Counted from the first letter of the stretch, positions 18,623 through 28,555 are shown. The stretch: 64,000 nt of DNA from an uncultured Desulfarculus sp. (GCA_963665125.2 CAXXUK010000001.1:2976001-3040000), one strand, 5' to 3'. A program made the numbers and translations. Notes: generated by a model from the sequence alone, not told the origin.

Positions 18623-20364
18623 TGGATGGTTTTCCCGGAATTGGAAGACTTGCCCAGGCCGTTGCGGCCCAGGGATTGGCCCAGCCGCTTCATGTCGGCC
18701 GAGATCTTTTGCAGACGATGGGCCACCGGATCGACGGTGCGGCGCATTTCATCAAGACATAAACAGAGCTGGCGGCCGACTTCCTCCACGGGCAAGGACC
18801 TGTTGGCGGCCCAGCAGGCCAGGCGGTGCCGCCTGCGGAAGGCCCGCACCAGGCAGCCCTCCAGCAGGGACGAGAGCATGGGGTCGCCGGCGGCCTGTTC
18901 CGAAAGGGCCACGAAAAGGCCGTCCAGGGCCCGCAGCCACAGCCGCGCGCCGCGGCCCGGCCGGGGCGGTTCGTCGTTCATGGGCGCGGCGGCGCTTTGG
19001 GAAAAGCGCATGGACATGGAGGCGGCGTCACTGAGGGCCACGCCGTATTGATACAGGTCGCCGGGGCCCATGAGCTGTTCACCCTCCAAGGCCCTTATGC
19101 GCATGGGCTGGCCGTTGCCGCCCAAGCGGTCGATGACGTCGCGCAGTTCCATGAAATCGGTGCGGGGCAGTTCCATGCCGCCGGTTGTGTTGAATCCATG
19201 TTTGCCGTAACGCTGCAAGACCCGGCCAAAGGCCCCGGCCGCAGCGGCCTGAACCAGACCGGCGGTTACGAGGCCTCCGGCGGCGCCAGGCATCAACAGG
19301 CTGCCCTCGGGGTCGCACTGGGCCCCGCCGGCCACGATCAGCGGACCGCATCCGGCCAACAAGGCCACCTCGGCCATGCGCGGCAGGGGGTGGTGCTGGG
19401 CCGTAAACCAGCGGGACATGCCCCTCAGCGGGCCAACGGCCATGCCCCGGGGACCCAGACAGACAAACACCGGCCCGCCGTGGGCGGACAAGGTCGGGGC
19501 ATGGGCGGTCTCTTCGGCCACAAGGGGCACCCTGGCGATCCATGGATGGCCGTTATTGCTCAGCGGGCCCTGCATACAGCGGGTGATAACCGCGGCGGTG
19601 GGCAGGATGCCCGCGTCCAGGGTGGCCGACAGGGCGTCGTCGCAGCAAAAAACAGCAGCCCCGGCCAGTTTGCCGGCCAGGGCGTCCAAAGCGGCTTCAA
19701 GTCCTTCGCCGCTGGTCAGCAGCACCGCGGGCGCGCCGCCCAGGCTGCCGGCCAGGGAGGACCAGCCTCCCATGAATCCGGCGTGGACCAGATTGCCCAC
19801 AAGATTTTCAGCCCGCTGGCGCTCGCAATGCAAGGCCTGTTCCCGGGCCTGCATTGCCCGGCCCCAGAGATGATAGAGGCAGGCGCTGGCCCGGCGGCAG
19901 CAGGGATCGTCCATGGGCAGGTGCAGTTGCACCACCTGCACGCTTGAATGCAGAGCCAACTGGGGATTGCGGCTCAGGGCCTCTTCCAGGGAATTCTCTT
20001 CCGGGGCCATCAGGACCAGGTCTTCCTGGCCCAGGTGGTGGCTCAGGTCATGGCGGCCCAGGGCCGTAAGCAGAAGAGCCGCCCTGGGCTCCAGCACGAA
20101 CACCTGGTGCCCCGGCGGCATCTCGGCCAGAAATCCGGCCACCTCGTCAAACAGCCCGCCCCCCAAGACCAGGGTGATTTCGTCTTCCTTGGCCCGGTCC
20201 CCCCGGAGGTCGCGCCTGGCCCCAAGGGGCATGGACCAATATCTTGCGTCGGCCCGCCGGTCGGCGGTCTGCTCGCCAAGCCACCTGGCCACCTCCGGCG
20301 AACAATGGACCAGGGTTTCCAGGTTGCGTTGCAGACGTTCTGCTGAAAACGGAGCAGCCGGCAA
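18619..20364 (-). CDS. Maf/MptE-like (DUF115) protein, degenerate
   Basis: LVLGGGL..VFVLEP N-terminal Rossmann-like domain, then ENLVGNL, AVLLTSGEGL, DDALSATLDAGILP and GCGPLIVAG, in the order expected for Maf motifs. Confidence 0.6.
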   Translation of the reverse strand: MPAAPFSAERLQRNLETLVHCSPEVARWLGEQTADRRADARYWSMPLGARRDLRGDRAKEDEITLVLGGGLFDEVAGFLAEMPPGHQVFVLEPRAALLLTALGRHDLSHHLGQEDLVLMAPEENSLEEALSRNPQLALHSSVQVVQLHLPMDDPCCRRASACLYHLWGRAMQAREQALHCERQRAENLVGNLVHAGFMGGWSSLAGSLGGAPAVLLTSGEGLEAALDALAGKLAGAAVFCCDDALSATLDAGILPTAAVITRCMQGPLSNNGHPWIARVPLVAEETAHAPTLSAHGGPVFVCLGPRGMAVGPLRGMSRWFTAQHHPLPRMAEVALLAGCGPLIVAGGAQCDPEGSLLMPGAAGGLVTAGLVQAAAAGAFGRVLQRYGKHGFNTTGGMELPRTDFMELRDVIDRLGGNGQPMRIRALEGEQLMGPGDLYQYGVALSDAASMSMRFSQSAAAPMNDEPPRPGRGARLWLRALDGLFVALSEQAAGDPMLSSLLEGCLVRAFRRRHRLACWAANRSLPVEEVGRQLCLCLDEMRRTVDPVAHRLQKISADMKRLGQSLGRNGLGKSSNSGKTIH

Positions 20365-20515
20365 GTGCGATACCTTTTATTGTTTGGTTGAAAAGCGCTT
20401 TCAAGATTCTACCTTGGCATCGCCTGCCTTTCAACTTTTCACCCAAAATGAAATCGGGCCGCCCTCTTGGACGGCCCGGTCATCGGCGCGATACTTCTGC
20501 TTTTTGGAGGATTAA

Positions 20516-21292
20516 CTAATCCAAAATATTACCATAACGTTTTTTACGGCGATGCAGGGCCAAACCCATCAGCCAGCCGATGATCAATACGCCCGCTCCG
20601 GCCAGGAACCATTTGAGACTTCCCGCAAAGCGCAACGATTCCAACTCGTTGTCTTGTTCGGCAAGCTTTTTGGTCTTTTGCTCCAGTTCGGCCGTCAATT
20701 GGTCGCGCTGTTTTTGCAATGAGACTATGTCGCCGGAGTCCGCGACCAGTTTGTCGTAGCTCTCCTGGGCCGAGGAGGCTTGGTTTTGCGCTTTGGCCAG
20801 GGAGCTTTTCAGGGTGGTGTTTTCGTTTATCAGGGTCTCCAGGCGGTTGTCGCCGCTGGCCAATTGCTTTTTGGTTTCTTCCAGGGAATTGCGCAATGCC
20901 TCCAACTCAGCGACCTTTGCCTTGAGTTCGGCATTTTCCTTGTGCAGGGACTCCATCTTTTCCGCGGTTTCCTGGGCCTGGGGGCTGAGTTCGGCCAGGC
21001 GGAGCACCGCCGGGCGTTCCTCCATCAGGTATCGCTTGAGCAGCCAGCCTTCCTTCCCCTTGGAGGTGCGGACCTTGGCCCAGCCTTCGCTGTTTTCCTG
21101 CAACACCTCAACCCACTCGCCGGTGTTCAACAGGGCGATGATCTTGTTTTCAACGCTGGGGCCGGTGCGGACCGTCAATTGCAGGTTATCGACAATCCAC
21201 ATTTTTTGGGCGGCAAAAGCCGGTGCGGCAAAAAAAATGAAACCAGATACCAGGATGAGGAGGGTTGCTTTAAGGGCAGGAGACGATTTCAT
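20516..21292 (-). CDS. TIGR04211/YgiM-type SH3 domain protein (signal peptide, SH3b, coiled coil, C-terminal TM)
   Basis: LTVRTGPSVENKII..GWAKVRT..EGW; long coiled coil; WFLAGAGVLIIGWLMGL followed by RRKKR. Confidence 0.9.
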   Translation of the reverse strand: MKSSPALKATLLILVSGFIFFAAPAFAAQKMWIVDNLQLTVRTGPSVENKIIALLNTGEWVEVLQENSEGWAKVRTSKGKEGWLLKRYLMEERPAVLRLAELSPQAQETAEKMESLHKENAELKAKVAELEALRNSLEETKKQLASGDNRLETLINENTTLKSSLAKAQNQASSAQESYDKLVADSGDIVSLQKQRDQLTAELEQKTKKLAEQDNELESLRFAGSLKWFLAGAGVLIIGWLMGLALHRRKKRYGNILD

Positions 21293-21479
21293 GCCATTTC
21301 TCCGCAGTCTGTTACGTAGGCCAATTTATGACGTAACCTATCAAGGAAACTGTGTTTTGTCAATGTAGAGCGCCCCTGTGCCATTCTTTTATGCGTACCT
21401 TGTGGTTTGACTGGCCGCTCCAATGAATGATATTTTTTAAGAGAGGTTACATTTCGGACAATCAGAGGACGGAACATCA

Positions 21480-23036
21480 TTGAATCCAACCGAACAGATT
21501 CGAGCTCGTGTACTTATCGTTGACGACGAGGCAGCCAATGTGGAGTTGCTGACCGAACTCTTCCGGATGCACGGCGCAAATACGATTTCAGCCACTGACG
21601 GCAGGACAGCCCTGGAGATCGCCAAGCGGGAAAAACCGGATATGATCCTGCTTGACGTGATGATGCCCGGCATCGACGGTTATGAGGTGTGCCGCCAGCT
21701 GAAAATGGACGAAGCCACCCGCCGCCTGCCCGTTGTAATGATCACCGGCCTGGGCCAGCTCGACGACAAGATCAAGGGGTTGGAGGTGGGGGCCGACGAT
21801 TTCCTGAGCAAGCCCGTCAATGCTGCGGAGTTGCTGACCAGATCGCGTTCCCTGCTCAGGGTCAAGGAGCTCAACGACGAACTGGAAGGCGCCTACCACA
21901 ACCTTGCAGGCATAGCCTCGTTCACCAATGACCTGCTAAGGGAATTCGACCCATATCAGTTCGACATCAACCGAGGCCTCGACGACCTGATGACCTTTAT
22001 GATGGGCCCCGACACCGCCGAAAACCTGCGGCCCGAACGAGTGCTGCTGTTCAACGCGGCCAGGGACGGGCTTTGGGAGGGCTGGGTCTACCACCTGGAA
22101 GACGGCCATGTGCGCCGCCGGGCCCTGCCCATGGGGCTGCCCGATGAGGCCCTGAGGCCCATTTTCAACCACAGCGACGTTTTCGGGGGAACCCTGGAGC
22201 AGATATACACCAACCTTGACCCACTGCAGCGCAACTCCCTGGCTTCGGCCAGCCTTTGGCGCGACCTCGGCCAGCAGCCTCCGGGGCGCAATTTGGTGGC
22301 CTACCGCAGCCCCGGCGTGGCTGTGGTGTCATTGGATACGCCCAAACAAGTCGGCTATTACGACGCCCAGGTGCTCAGCGCCCTGGTGGCCAACATCCAC
22401 ATGTTCCTGCGCACAATCAGCAGCCAGGTCCGCGAAGTGGAGCGCGCCTTCCTCTACACCATCGGAGCCTTGGCCCGGGCCGCGGAAGTCCACGACGAAG
22501 ACACCGGCGATCACATCCTGAGGGTCAATTTATACGCCGAGGCACTGGCCCGCAGTTTGGGCTGCGATGAATCGTTTACTAGGGTGCTCAGCTATTCGGC
22601 ACAGATGCACGACGTGGGCAAGATGCATGTCCACCCGGACATCTTGCGCAAACCCGGTCGGCTCAATGAAACAGAATGGGAAGCGGTAAAGCGTCATACA
22701 GTCTACGGCGCGCGCATCCTGGGCGAAGATCCGCGACTGGCCACGGCCAGGGAATTGGCCCTGAGCCACCACGAAAAATGGGACGGCAGCGGCTACCCCA
22801 AGGGCCTAAGGGGAGAGGAAATCCCCCTGTCGGGCCGCATAACCATGATGGCAGATGTCTACGACGCCCTGCGGTCGGTGCGGCCGTACAAGAAAAGCTT
22901 TGACCACCAGATGTCAGTGAATATCATCCGCCGGGGCGACGACAGGCTCCAGCCTGGCCACTTCGACCCCGATGTCCTGGAAGCGTTCCTGGACAACAAC
23001 CATTTGTTCGATGAGATATACAATACGGGCCGCTGA
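21480..23036 (+). CDS. Response regulator with HD-GYP c-di-GMP phosphodiesterase domain
   Basis: REC domain (LIVDD, LLDVMMP, LSKP); HD-GYP motifs HDVGK, HHEKWDGSGYP and ADVYDAL. Confidence 0.92.
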   Translation: MNPTEQIRARVLIVDDEAANVELLTELFRMHGANTISATDGRTALEIAKREKPDMILLDVMMPGIDGYEVCRQLKMDEATRRLPVVMITGLGQLDDKIKGLEVGADDFLSKPVNAAELLTRSRSLLRVKELNDELEGAYHNLAGIASFTNDLLREFDPYQFDINRGLDDLMTFMMGPDTAENLRPERVLLFNAARDGLWEGWVYHLEDGHVRRRALPMGLPDEALRPIFNHSDVFGGTLEQIYTNLDPLQRNSLASASLWRDLGQQPPGRNLVAYRSPGVAVVSLDTPKQVGYYDAQVLSALVANIHMFLRTISSQVREVERAFLYTIGALARAAEVHDEDTGDHILRVNLYAEALARSLGCDESFTRVLSYSAQMHDVGKMHVHPDILRKPGRLNETEWEAVKRHTVYGARILGEDPRLATARELALSHHEKWDGSGYPKGLRGEEIPLSGRITMMADVYDALRSVRPYKKSFDHQMSVNIIRRGDDRLQPGHFDPDVLEAFLDNNHLFDEIYNTGR

Positions 23037-23044
23037 GAATCTAA

Positions 23045-23074
23045 CGGCCTGGGGCGTATAAACACCCCAGGCCG
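23045..23074. terminator. Hairpin between convergent HD-GYP and kdsB genes
   Basis: CGGCCTGGGG...CCCCAGGCCG, a 10-bp perfect stem. Confidence 0.6.
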
Positions 23075-23081
23075 ATACAGC

Positions 23082-23816
23082 CTATTTGCCGGCCAGAATC
23101 GCGGCCACCCGGAGGGCGTCCTCGGGCCTGTCCACTTCGGGCGAGTCTTTTTCGGTAATCACGCAACGCATCTTGTAGCCGTATTCCAACACCCTGAGTT
23201 GCTCGAGCTTTTCGATGTTTTCCAGATGCCCGTCGGGCAGCCCGGCGAATACGTCCAAAAACGATTTGCGGAAGATATACACGCCCAAATGCTTGTAGAA
23301 CGTGACCTCGCCGCCGTCCCTGGGGTGGGGCACGGCCAGGCGCGAAAAGTAGATGGCGTCGCCTTTGATGTCCATCACCGTCTTGACATGGTTTGTGTCG
23401 GCGATCTCCTCTGGCCGCTTGATCCTGGTCACCGGCGTGGACACCAAAACGCAGGGATCGGCCAATAGCGGGGCGGCAACCTCGTCGATGACCTCCGGCG
23501 GCAACAGAGGCTGATCGCCCTGCACGTTGACCACCAGTTCATCGGGGCCAAGGCCCAGCTCATTGGCCGCGGCCGCAACCCGGTCGCTGCCGGTGCGCAT
23601 GGGCTGGTCGCTGATGATCACCTTGCCGCCGAATGCCCGCACGGCCTCGGCGATGCGCTCATCGTCGGTGGCCACGGCCACTGTCTCGACGCCCTTGGCC
23701 TGGCTCACCTGTTCCATGACCCGCCGCACCATGGGCTTGCCGCCGATATCCACCAGCGGTTTGCCGGGAAAACGGCTGGAGCCGTAACGGGACGGGATTA
23801 TTACATGGATGGCCAC
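23082..23816 (-). CDS. kdsB: 3-deoxy-manno-octulosonate cytidylyltransferase
   Basis: IIPSRYGSSRFPGKPL, VATDDERI, NVQGDQP, KHLGVY and EKLEQLRVLE; GTG start at 23816. Confidence 0.95.
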   Translation of the reverse strand: MAIHVIIPSRYGSSRFPGKPLVDIGGKPMVRRVMEQVSQAKGVETVAVATDDERIAEAVRAFGGKVIISDQPMRTGSDRVAAAANELGLGPDELVVNVQGDQPLLPPEVIDEVAAPLLADPCVLVSTPVTRIKRPEEIADTNHVKTVMDIKGDAIYFSRLAVPHPRDGGEVTFYKHLGVYIFRKSFLDVFAGLPDGHLENIEKLEQLRVLEYGYKMRCVITEKDSPEVDRPEDALRVAAILAGK

Positions 23817-23820
23817 CGGG

Positions 23821-25017
23821 TTACATCTCCGCCGCGGCCTTGGCCACGGCCTGGCGCATGGCCTCGATCTTGGCGTCATCCCAGCCCAGCATGATCTGCC
23901 AACTCAGGCAGCGGTCCAAAAGGGCCTTGGTCTGGGGCAGGGCGTCGGAGTCGTACTTGAGCGGGCCGCCGTCTTCGCGGGTGAAAGGCCAGCCGTTTTT
24001 CATATTGGTGGCCCCGGCGTGCAGGTGCTCCCAGTTGGTGTAGGAGTGCCAGGTGTTGACGCCCCAGGGCACCGCTCCCTGACCGGCCCCGGCCAGCACG
24101 GCGTTGAATTTCTTGGCCGCTTCGGGGCTTTCCAGGAACCAGCTGACAAACGTGGCCGAGTCGCCGGCCTCGTCGGGCACCTGGCGCAGGGTGATGCCCA
24201 GAACCTGGGCCAGCGCCTCTTTGAGGGCGGCCTTGGTCTGGCGGTATTTATCGACCATGGCCGGCAGCTTTTTGAGCTGGACCAGGCCGATGGCGCCCTG
24301 CAGTTCCATCATGCGGAAGTTGTTGCCGATGAACCGGCGGCCTTCGTTGCCCCGGCCCACGGGCTTGTGGTCGTGGCCGTGGTCCTGGTATTCGCTGGCG
24401 CAACGCCACAGATCTTCGTCGTCGGTGATGACCATGCCGCCTTCGCCGGTGGTCAGGGTTTTGACCGCGTCAAAGCTGAAGGTGCCGACCTTGCCGATGG
24501 TGCCCAGGTGCTTGCCGTTCAGGAAGCCGCCGGCGCTCTGGGCCGTGTCTTCCAGCACGGGGATGCCCTTGGCGTCGGCAATGGCCTTGATTTCGTTGAT
24601 CCGGGCCTGGGAACCCATCATATGCACCGGCACGATGCATTTGGTGCGCTCGGTGATCTTTTTCTTCAGATCGTCCGGGTCCAGGCACAGGGTTTCGTCC
24701 ACTTCGCAGAACACGGGAACCGCGCCGGTGTCCAGGATGGCTTCCCAGGTGGCCACGAAGGTAAAGCCCTGGGTGATGACCTCGTCGCCGGCCCCCACGC
24801 CCAGGGCGGACAGGGCCACCTTCAGGGCCGCAGTGCCCGAGGTGACGGCCTGGGCGTATTTGGCGCCGGTGAATTCGGCGAATGCCTGCTCAAACTCGCG
24901 CACGCGCCAATTGCCGCCGCGCTGATCGGCAAATTCGTAACGGAACAGCACACCACGGTCCATGACGTCGACAACAGCGTCTTTTTCCTCTTGGCCCAAC
25001 CATTCGAATCCAGGCAT
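23821..25017 (-). CDS. kdnA: DegT-family PLP aminotransferase, probably 8-amino-Kdo transaminase
   Basis: MPGFE..EEK..V.DVM..G..FRY, SFDAVKT (PLP Lys), DHGHDH..RG.E and WH.Y.NW.H match my recollection of Shewanella KdnA; directly upstream of kdsB. Confidence 0.8.
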   Translation of the reverse strand: MPGFEWLGQEEKDAVVDVMDRGVLFRYEFADQRGGNWRVREFEQAFAEFTGAKYAQAVTSGTAALKVALSALGVGAGDEVITQGFTFVATWEAILDTGAVPVFCEVDETLCLDPDDLKKKITERTKCIVPVHMMGSQARINEIKAIADAKGIPVLEDTAQSAGGFLNGKHLGTIGKVGTFSFDAVKTLTTGEGGMVITDDEDLWRCASEYQDHGHDHKPVGRGNEGRRFIGNNFRMMELQGAIGLVQLKKLPAMVDKYRQTKAALKEALAQVLGITLRQVPDEAGDSATFVSWFLESPEAAKKFNAVLAGAGQGAVPWGVNTWHSYTNWEHLHAGATNMKNGWPFTREDGGPLKYDSDALPQTKALLDRCLSWQIMLGWDDAKIEAMRQAVAKAAAEM

Positions 25018-25149
25018 GTCTTTCTCCTAAAAAAAGCGGCGGCGGCAAGTTTTCCGCCATCCGGTGTATGGCTTTGTGTTGAAGTGTATTTTTACAAGAG
25101 CGCGGCTTCGGCACCAAGGCAAATCTTGGGGCAAACCGGTCCAGGTGGA

Positions 25150-26223
25150 TCAGCTCTCCAAATCGGCCTCTTCCTCGGCCTCGCGTGCGGCCTTTTTGCG
25201 CTCGGTGGCGGCGACCATCCAGATAGATATTTCGTAGAGCAGGCAAAGAGGAACGGCCATCAGACACTGGGTGACCGGGTCTGGCGGCGTGAAGAACGCG
25301 CCCACAACGAACATGATCAAAATGGCGTACTTGCGCTTCTTGCGTAGGGCCTTGGAGGTGACTATCCCCAGTCGCCCCATGAAAATCAGCACCAGGGGCA
25401 TTTCGAAGATCACGCCGAAGGCTATGAGGAGGGTGCTGACGAACGAGAGGTAGTTGCGCATGGTGAACTGGGCCTTGATGGTCAGTTCGCCGGGCGCGGT
25501 GCGCTCCAGCTTACCCGAGGCGAACATGACCAGGGCCTTTTCCAGTACATCGTCTTCGATCTTTTTTATCAGCGAATCCCGGTCGCCCTGGGGCAGCTTG
25601 ATGATCACCTCGGCCCCGCCGGACTTGGTCAGTTGATCCTTTACTTCCTGATGTACGAAACCCCGGAACGAAGCCGCGTCCTGCTGCATGACGGCCGCGT
25701 CCTGGGCGCCCTGGCCCGTCTCGAAACTGCGCAGGAACTGGAAGGCATAGGGGAAAACGATCATGAAACAGAAAATGGCCCCGCCGATGAACAGCACCGA
25801 CGAACTGAGCACAAATGGCCAGGCCATGCGGCGTTCGCGCTTGTAGAGCCCCGGCGCGATAAACCGCCAAAGCTGGTAAAAGATCCACGGCGCACTGATG
25901 ACTATGGCCGCCAGGAAGGAAACCTTGATGTAGGTAAAGAACGCCTCGGTGGGGTCCAGGTAGATTAGCTCCACGCCCTTGGGCACGGCCTTGATCAGCG
26001 GCTCGGTCAGAAACCGATAGATATCTTCCTTGAAAAAATAGGCCCCGATGAAGCAGATCAGAAGGCCGTAGCCTATGCGGATCAGCCGGACGCGCAGCTC
26101 GTCCAGGTGGTCCATGAAAGACATCTGGGTGTGGGCCAGTTCGTCCTCGGGCTTGTCGGCGTCTTTGAAGGCCTCGAAGTCTTCTTCGGGCTGGGCGGAG
26201 TTATTATCTTCCAGTTCAGGCAT
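25150..26223 (-). CDS. tatC: Twin-arginine translocase subunit TatC (with periplasmic insertion)
   Basis: MSFMDHLDELRVRL, YQLWRFIAPGLYKRE, FGVIFEMP, FTPPDPVTQ and LYEISI. Confidence 0.95.
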   Translation of the reverse strand: MPELEDNNSAQPEEDFEAFKDADKPEDELAHTQMSFMDHLDELRVRLIRIGYGLLICFIGAYFFKEDIYRFLTEPLIKAVPKGVELIYLDPTEAFFTYIKVSFLAAIVISAPWIFYQLWRFIAPGLYKRERRMAWPFVLSSSVLFIGGAIFCFMIVFPYAFQFLRSFETGQGAQDAAVMQQDAASFRGFVHQEVKDQLTKSGGAEVIIKLPQGDRDSLIKKIEDDVLEKALVMFASGKLERTAPGELTIKAQFTMRNYLSFVSTLLIAFGVIFEMPLVLIFMGRLGIVTSKALRKKRKYAILIMFVVGAFFTPPDPVTQCLMAVPLCLLYEISIWMVAATERKKAAREAEEEADLES

Positions 26224-26650
26224 CGGCCTTCTTCTGGGCGCCGGGTTCCGCCGGGGGAGCTGACGGGGTTTGTTCGGCCTTGTCCGCGGCTTGCGTGGTC
26301 TGTTGGGCCTGCTCGGCCTGGGTATGTTCGGCTTCGATGGCGTCCATGACCTGGGCCCGGCCGCTGATATCCACGGTGGGCTCCTTGGGCTCCAGCTTGG
26401 GCGCGTCGCTGTCGAGCAGATTGCGAGGACTCATGGCGTCGACGGTTTGCTTGAAATCGTCGCGAATGTTCTGCACGTCCTTGAAAGTCTCGTTTTCGTT
26501 TATCTGGCTTTTGATCTCATCGGTGGCCTTGCGGAATTCGCTGAGGCCCTTGCCCAGGCCCTTGGCGATATCGGGCAGCTTGCGCGGACCGACAACGATC
26601 AAGGCGACAACCAAGATGATCAGCAGCTCTGGCATGCCAATGCCGAACAT
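26216..26650 (-). CDS. tatB: Twin-arginine translocase subunit TatB (TatA/B family)
   Basis: MFGIGMPELLIILVVALIVVGPRKLPDIAK; overlaps the tatC start. Confidence 0.85.
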   Translation of the reverse strand: MFGIGMPELLIILVVALIVVGPRKLPDIAKGLGKGLSEFRKATDEIKSQINENETFKDVQNIRDDFKQTVDAMSPRNLLDSDAPKLEPKEPTVDISGRAQVMDAIEAEHTQAEQAQQTTQAADKAEQTPSAPPAEPGAQKKADA

Positions 26651-26677
26651 ATAGTCCTCCCAGGGAGTTGCGAAAGT

Positions 26678-28534
26678 CTACTTTGGCCCGCTGGCGGTGT
26701 CAAGGGCGGCAAGGAAGGCTTCGATGCGCCGCGCCGTGGGTGCGTCAATCCCCGCCTTTTCGGTGATTTCCCTGGCATTTGCCTTCTTGATGGCTGCCAG
26801 GGAGCCGAAGGCCGTAAGCAGCTTCTTCTTTTTACCAGTTCCCACGCCGGGTATCTCGTCCAGAACGGATTTTTTAAGGGCTTTTGAGCGCAGCAGCTTG
26901 TGGTAGGTCACGGCAAAGCGGTGGGCCTCGTCGCGCAGGCGCATCACCAGCAGCAGGGCCGGTTCCCTGGGTCCCAGGTTGACGGGATTTTTGCGCCCCG
27001 GCGTGAAGATGCGGTCCGGTTCATCGGCCTGGCGACCCTTGGCAATGGCCGCCAGGGCCGGGCGCTTTTCCGGAGGCAGTTTGGCCAATACGTCCACGGC
27101 GATGTTGAGCTGGCCCTTGCCGCCGTCGACCACCAGCAGATCCGGCGGCTCCTGGTCGCCGCCCAGGCGGCGGGCGAGCACCTGGGCCATGCTGGCGTAG
27201 TCGTCGGGCGCGCCTTCCTGGCCGATGACCTTGTAGCGCCGGTAGCCGCTTTTTTCGGGGACGCCGCCGTCAAAGGCCACCACGCTGGCCACGGTGAGCC
27301 TGCCTCCCATGTGCGAGATATCCACGCACTCCATACGGCGGGGCGGTTCCAGGCCCAGTTTGGCGCCCAGTCGCTCCACCGCGGCCATGGGTTCGTCGGC
27401 GGCCTGTCTGGGCTGTCCGGCGTTAAGCATGGCCAAATCCAATAGCCCGCGTTTTTCGCCCCGCTGGGGCAGGCGCAGTTCCACCCGGCGGCCGGCCCGC
27501 TCACCCAGGATTTCGGCCAGCAGGTGCGGGTCTTCGGGCATGTGCGACACCAGCACCAAGGGCGGCGGCGCGGCCTCGGCGTACAGGGTCAACAGGGCCT
27601 GGGACATGACCGCCTCAGGGCCCGTTGCCGCGGCGTCGGGCTCGAAGACCCTGCTGTCCTCCACCCTGCCCCGGCGCACCTTCAGAACGGCCAGGCGCAG
27701 GCCCTCGGCGTTGTCGTGCAGGGCCACGGCGTCCAGGTCCGACTCCTCGGCCCGGCTGACCATCTGCCGCTCCAGGGTGCTCTTGAGGGCGAAGAGCCGG
27801 TCCCGCAGGCGGGCTGCGTCTTCGTATCTTTCCTCGGCGGCCGCCCGGCGCATCAGGGCCTCCAACTCGGCAGCCAGTTCCTCGCCCTTGCCGCCGAAAA
27901 AGGCTTTCACCTGGCCCACCAGCCCGGCGTATTCGTCTTTGCTCACCGCGCCTATGCACGGGCCCAGGCAGCGGGCCGTTTCATAATCCAGGCAGGCCCG
28001 CCGGCGGGTCTTCAGGGAATGGTCCGAGCAACGGCGCAGGGGAAAGATGCGCTGGATCATACGCAGGGTCCGCTTGGCCGCTCCGGCGCTGTCAAAGGGG
28101 CCGTAATACAGGGCGCCGTCGGTGCGGTCGGGCCTGCGGACCATGGTCAGGCGGGGAAATTCGCCGCTGGTGGACAGGCGAAAATACGGGTAGCTCTTGT
28201 CGTCGCGCAGGTCCACGTTGTAACGGGGCCGGTGCCGCTTGATCAGGGTGTGCTCCAGCAGCAGGGCCTCTTTTTCATTGCCGGTGACCACGAAATCCAC
28301 CGAGGCGACCTTGGCCACCATGGTCATGACCTTGTGGGTGTAATAGGTGTGGCTGGCCGGTGGGCGGCTGTAGCTGGTCACCCGGGTGCGCAGGCTTTTG
28401 GCCTTGCCCACGTAGATGACCTTGCCCGCGCCGTCTTTCATCAGATAGCAGCCCGGTTTCATAGGCAGATTGGGGAGGGCCCGTTTGATGGCCTCGGCCC
28501 CCCGCACGGGGGTTGGCTTTTGTTCCTGGGGCAT
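26678..28534 (-). CDS. uvrC: Excinuclease ABC subunit C
   Basis: GIY-YIG PGCYLMKD..IYVGKAKSLR, ECVDISH, DLLVVDGGKGQL, RDEAHRFA and C-terminal HhH. Confidence 0.97.
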   Translation of the reverse strand: MPQEQKPTPVRGAEAIKRALPNLPMKPGCYLMKDGAGKVIYVGKAKSLRTRVTSYSRPPASHTYYTHKVMTMVAKVASVDFVVTGNEKEALLLEHTLIKRHRPRYNVDLRDDKSYPYFRLSTSGEFPRLTMVRRPDRTDGALYYGPFDSAGAAKRTLRMIQRIFPLRRCSDHSLKTRRRACLDYETARCLGPCIGAVSKDEYAGLVGQVKAFFGGKGEELAAELEALMRRAAAEERYEDAARLRDRLFALKSTLERQMVSRAEESDLDAVALHDNAEGLRLAVLKVRRGRVEDSRVFEPDAAATGPEAVMSQALLTLYAEAAPPPLVLVSHMPEDPHLLAEILGERAGRRVELRLPQRGEKRGLLDLAMLNAGQPRQAADEPMAAVERLGAKLGLEPPRRMECVDISHMGGRLTVASVVAFDGGVPEKSGYRRYKVIGQEGAPDDYASMAQVLARRLGGDQEPPDLLVVDGGKGQLNIAVDVLAKLPPEKRPALAAIAKGRQADEPDRIFTPGRKNPVNLGPREPALLLVMRLRDEAHRFAVTYHKLLRSKALKKSVLDEIPGVGTGKKKKLLTAFGSLAAIKKANAREITEKAGIDAPTARRIEAFLAALDTASGPK

Positions 28535-28555
28535 GGGCCTGGTTCCGCCGCCGGT

